From: an uncultured Alphaproteobacteria bacterium
GTDB taxonomy: Bacteria; Pseudomonadota; Alphaproteobacteria; Rhizobiales; Beijerinckiaceae
Assembly: GCA_963811975.1 (NCBI GenBank)
Contig: CAWETR010000024.1
Coordinates: 49,947-113,946, forward strand
DNA: 64,000 nucleotides
Direction of reading: 5' to 3'
Shown here: positions 63,695 to 64,000 of the stretch, in pieces
Layout of the letters: each line of letters starts with the position of its first letter
Numbering within the stretch: position 1 is the first letter of the stretch
Translations under genes and position numbers: made by a program
The notes under the pieces: generated by a model
The model's database searches: none
Seen by the model: the letters and a program-made list of their open reading frames with translations, nothing else
What the model was told of the DNA's origin: nothing

Positions 63695-64000
63695 TCCAGC
63701 CAATCTCTCTTTTGCGTCCGCCTCGATGGCGAGGCTTTCGCTTGCGAATGCGGCTTCATTTTGACACGTCGCCCTTTTGCCCGAATTTAACCTTCGGGAA
63801 AGGGACTTTTATGTCAAGAGCCGGTCGCGCGGAGGCTCCTGTTGCGCTTATGCGCAAATTTTTTCACCGTTCTATGACAGGACCGACCAGCGGCGCTATC
63901 CTCAAGCTGCGAGCGGCCAAAAATGGCCGGAACGCCCCGATTTCCCAAAAAGCCGCCGAGGCGATAAACCTTCCGCCATGATTCACCTCGCTCATGAACC

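Overview
GC-rich alphaproteobacterial chromosomal window (Hyphomicrobiales; the cytochrome c2 and gene order suggest Rhodoblastus/Beijerinckiaceae, an inference from recalled sequences). It holds about 60 genes. The housekeeping backbone includes a MoxR-DUF58-BatA/DUF4159 operon, cycA, hemF, trmL, petABC, ribA, phoR-pstSCAB-phoU-phoB with a Pho box, gcrA, argD-argF-hslO and nadE. The most interesting part is a ~22 kb alcohol-oxidation cluster (38.7-60.7 kb). It encodes a PQQ alcohol dehydrogenase with the lanthanide-type WDFDG motif (PedH/ExaF), cytochrome c550, a split pqq operon with two tandem pqqA genes and pqqC placed behind a PqqT-like ABC transporter, a NosR-like FMN/4Fe-4S membrane protein plus ApbE with no nosZ nearby, a FIST(NosP)/hybrid kinase/NarL-type regulator set, an aldehyde dehydrogenase, two DUF779 genes and an adjacent folB-SDR-queD pterin trio. 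Other notable items are an orphan FeSII/Shethna-II-like ferredoxin with a sigma-54 promoter, and an unannotated 27-aa membrane ORF followed by a CCTCCTCCC-loop sRNA candidate. At least 15 genes carry short indels, including petC, which most likely reflects uncorrected long-read errors. No rRNA, tRNA, CRISPR array or transposase was seen.
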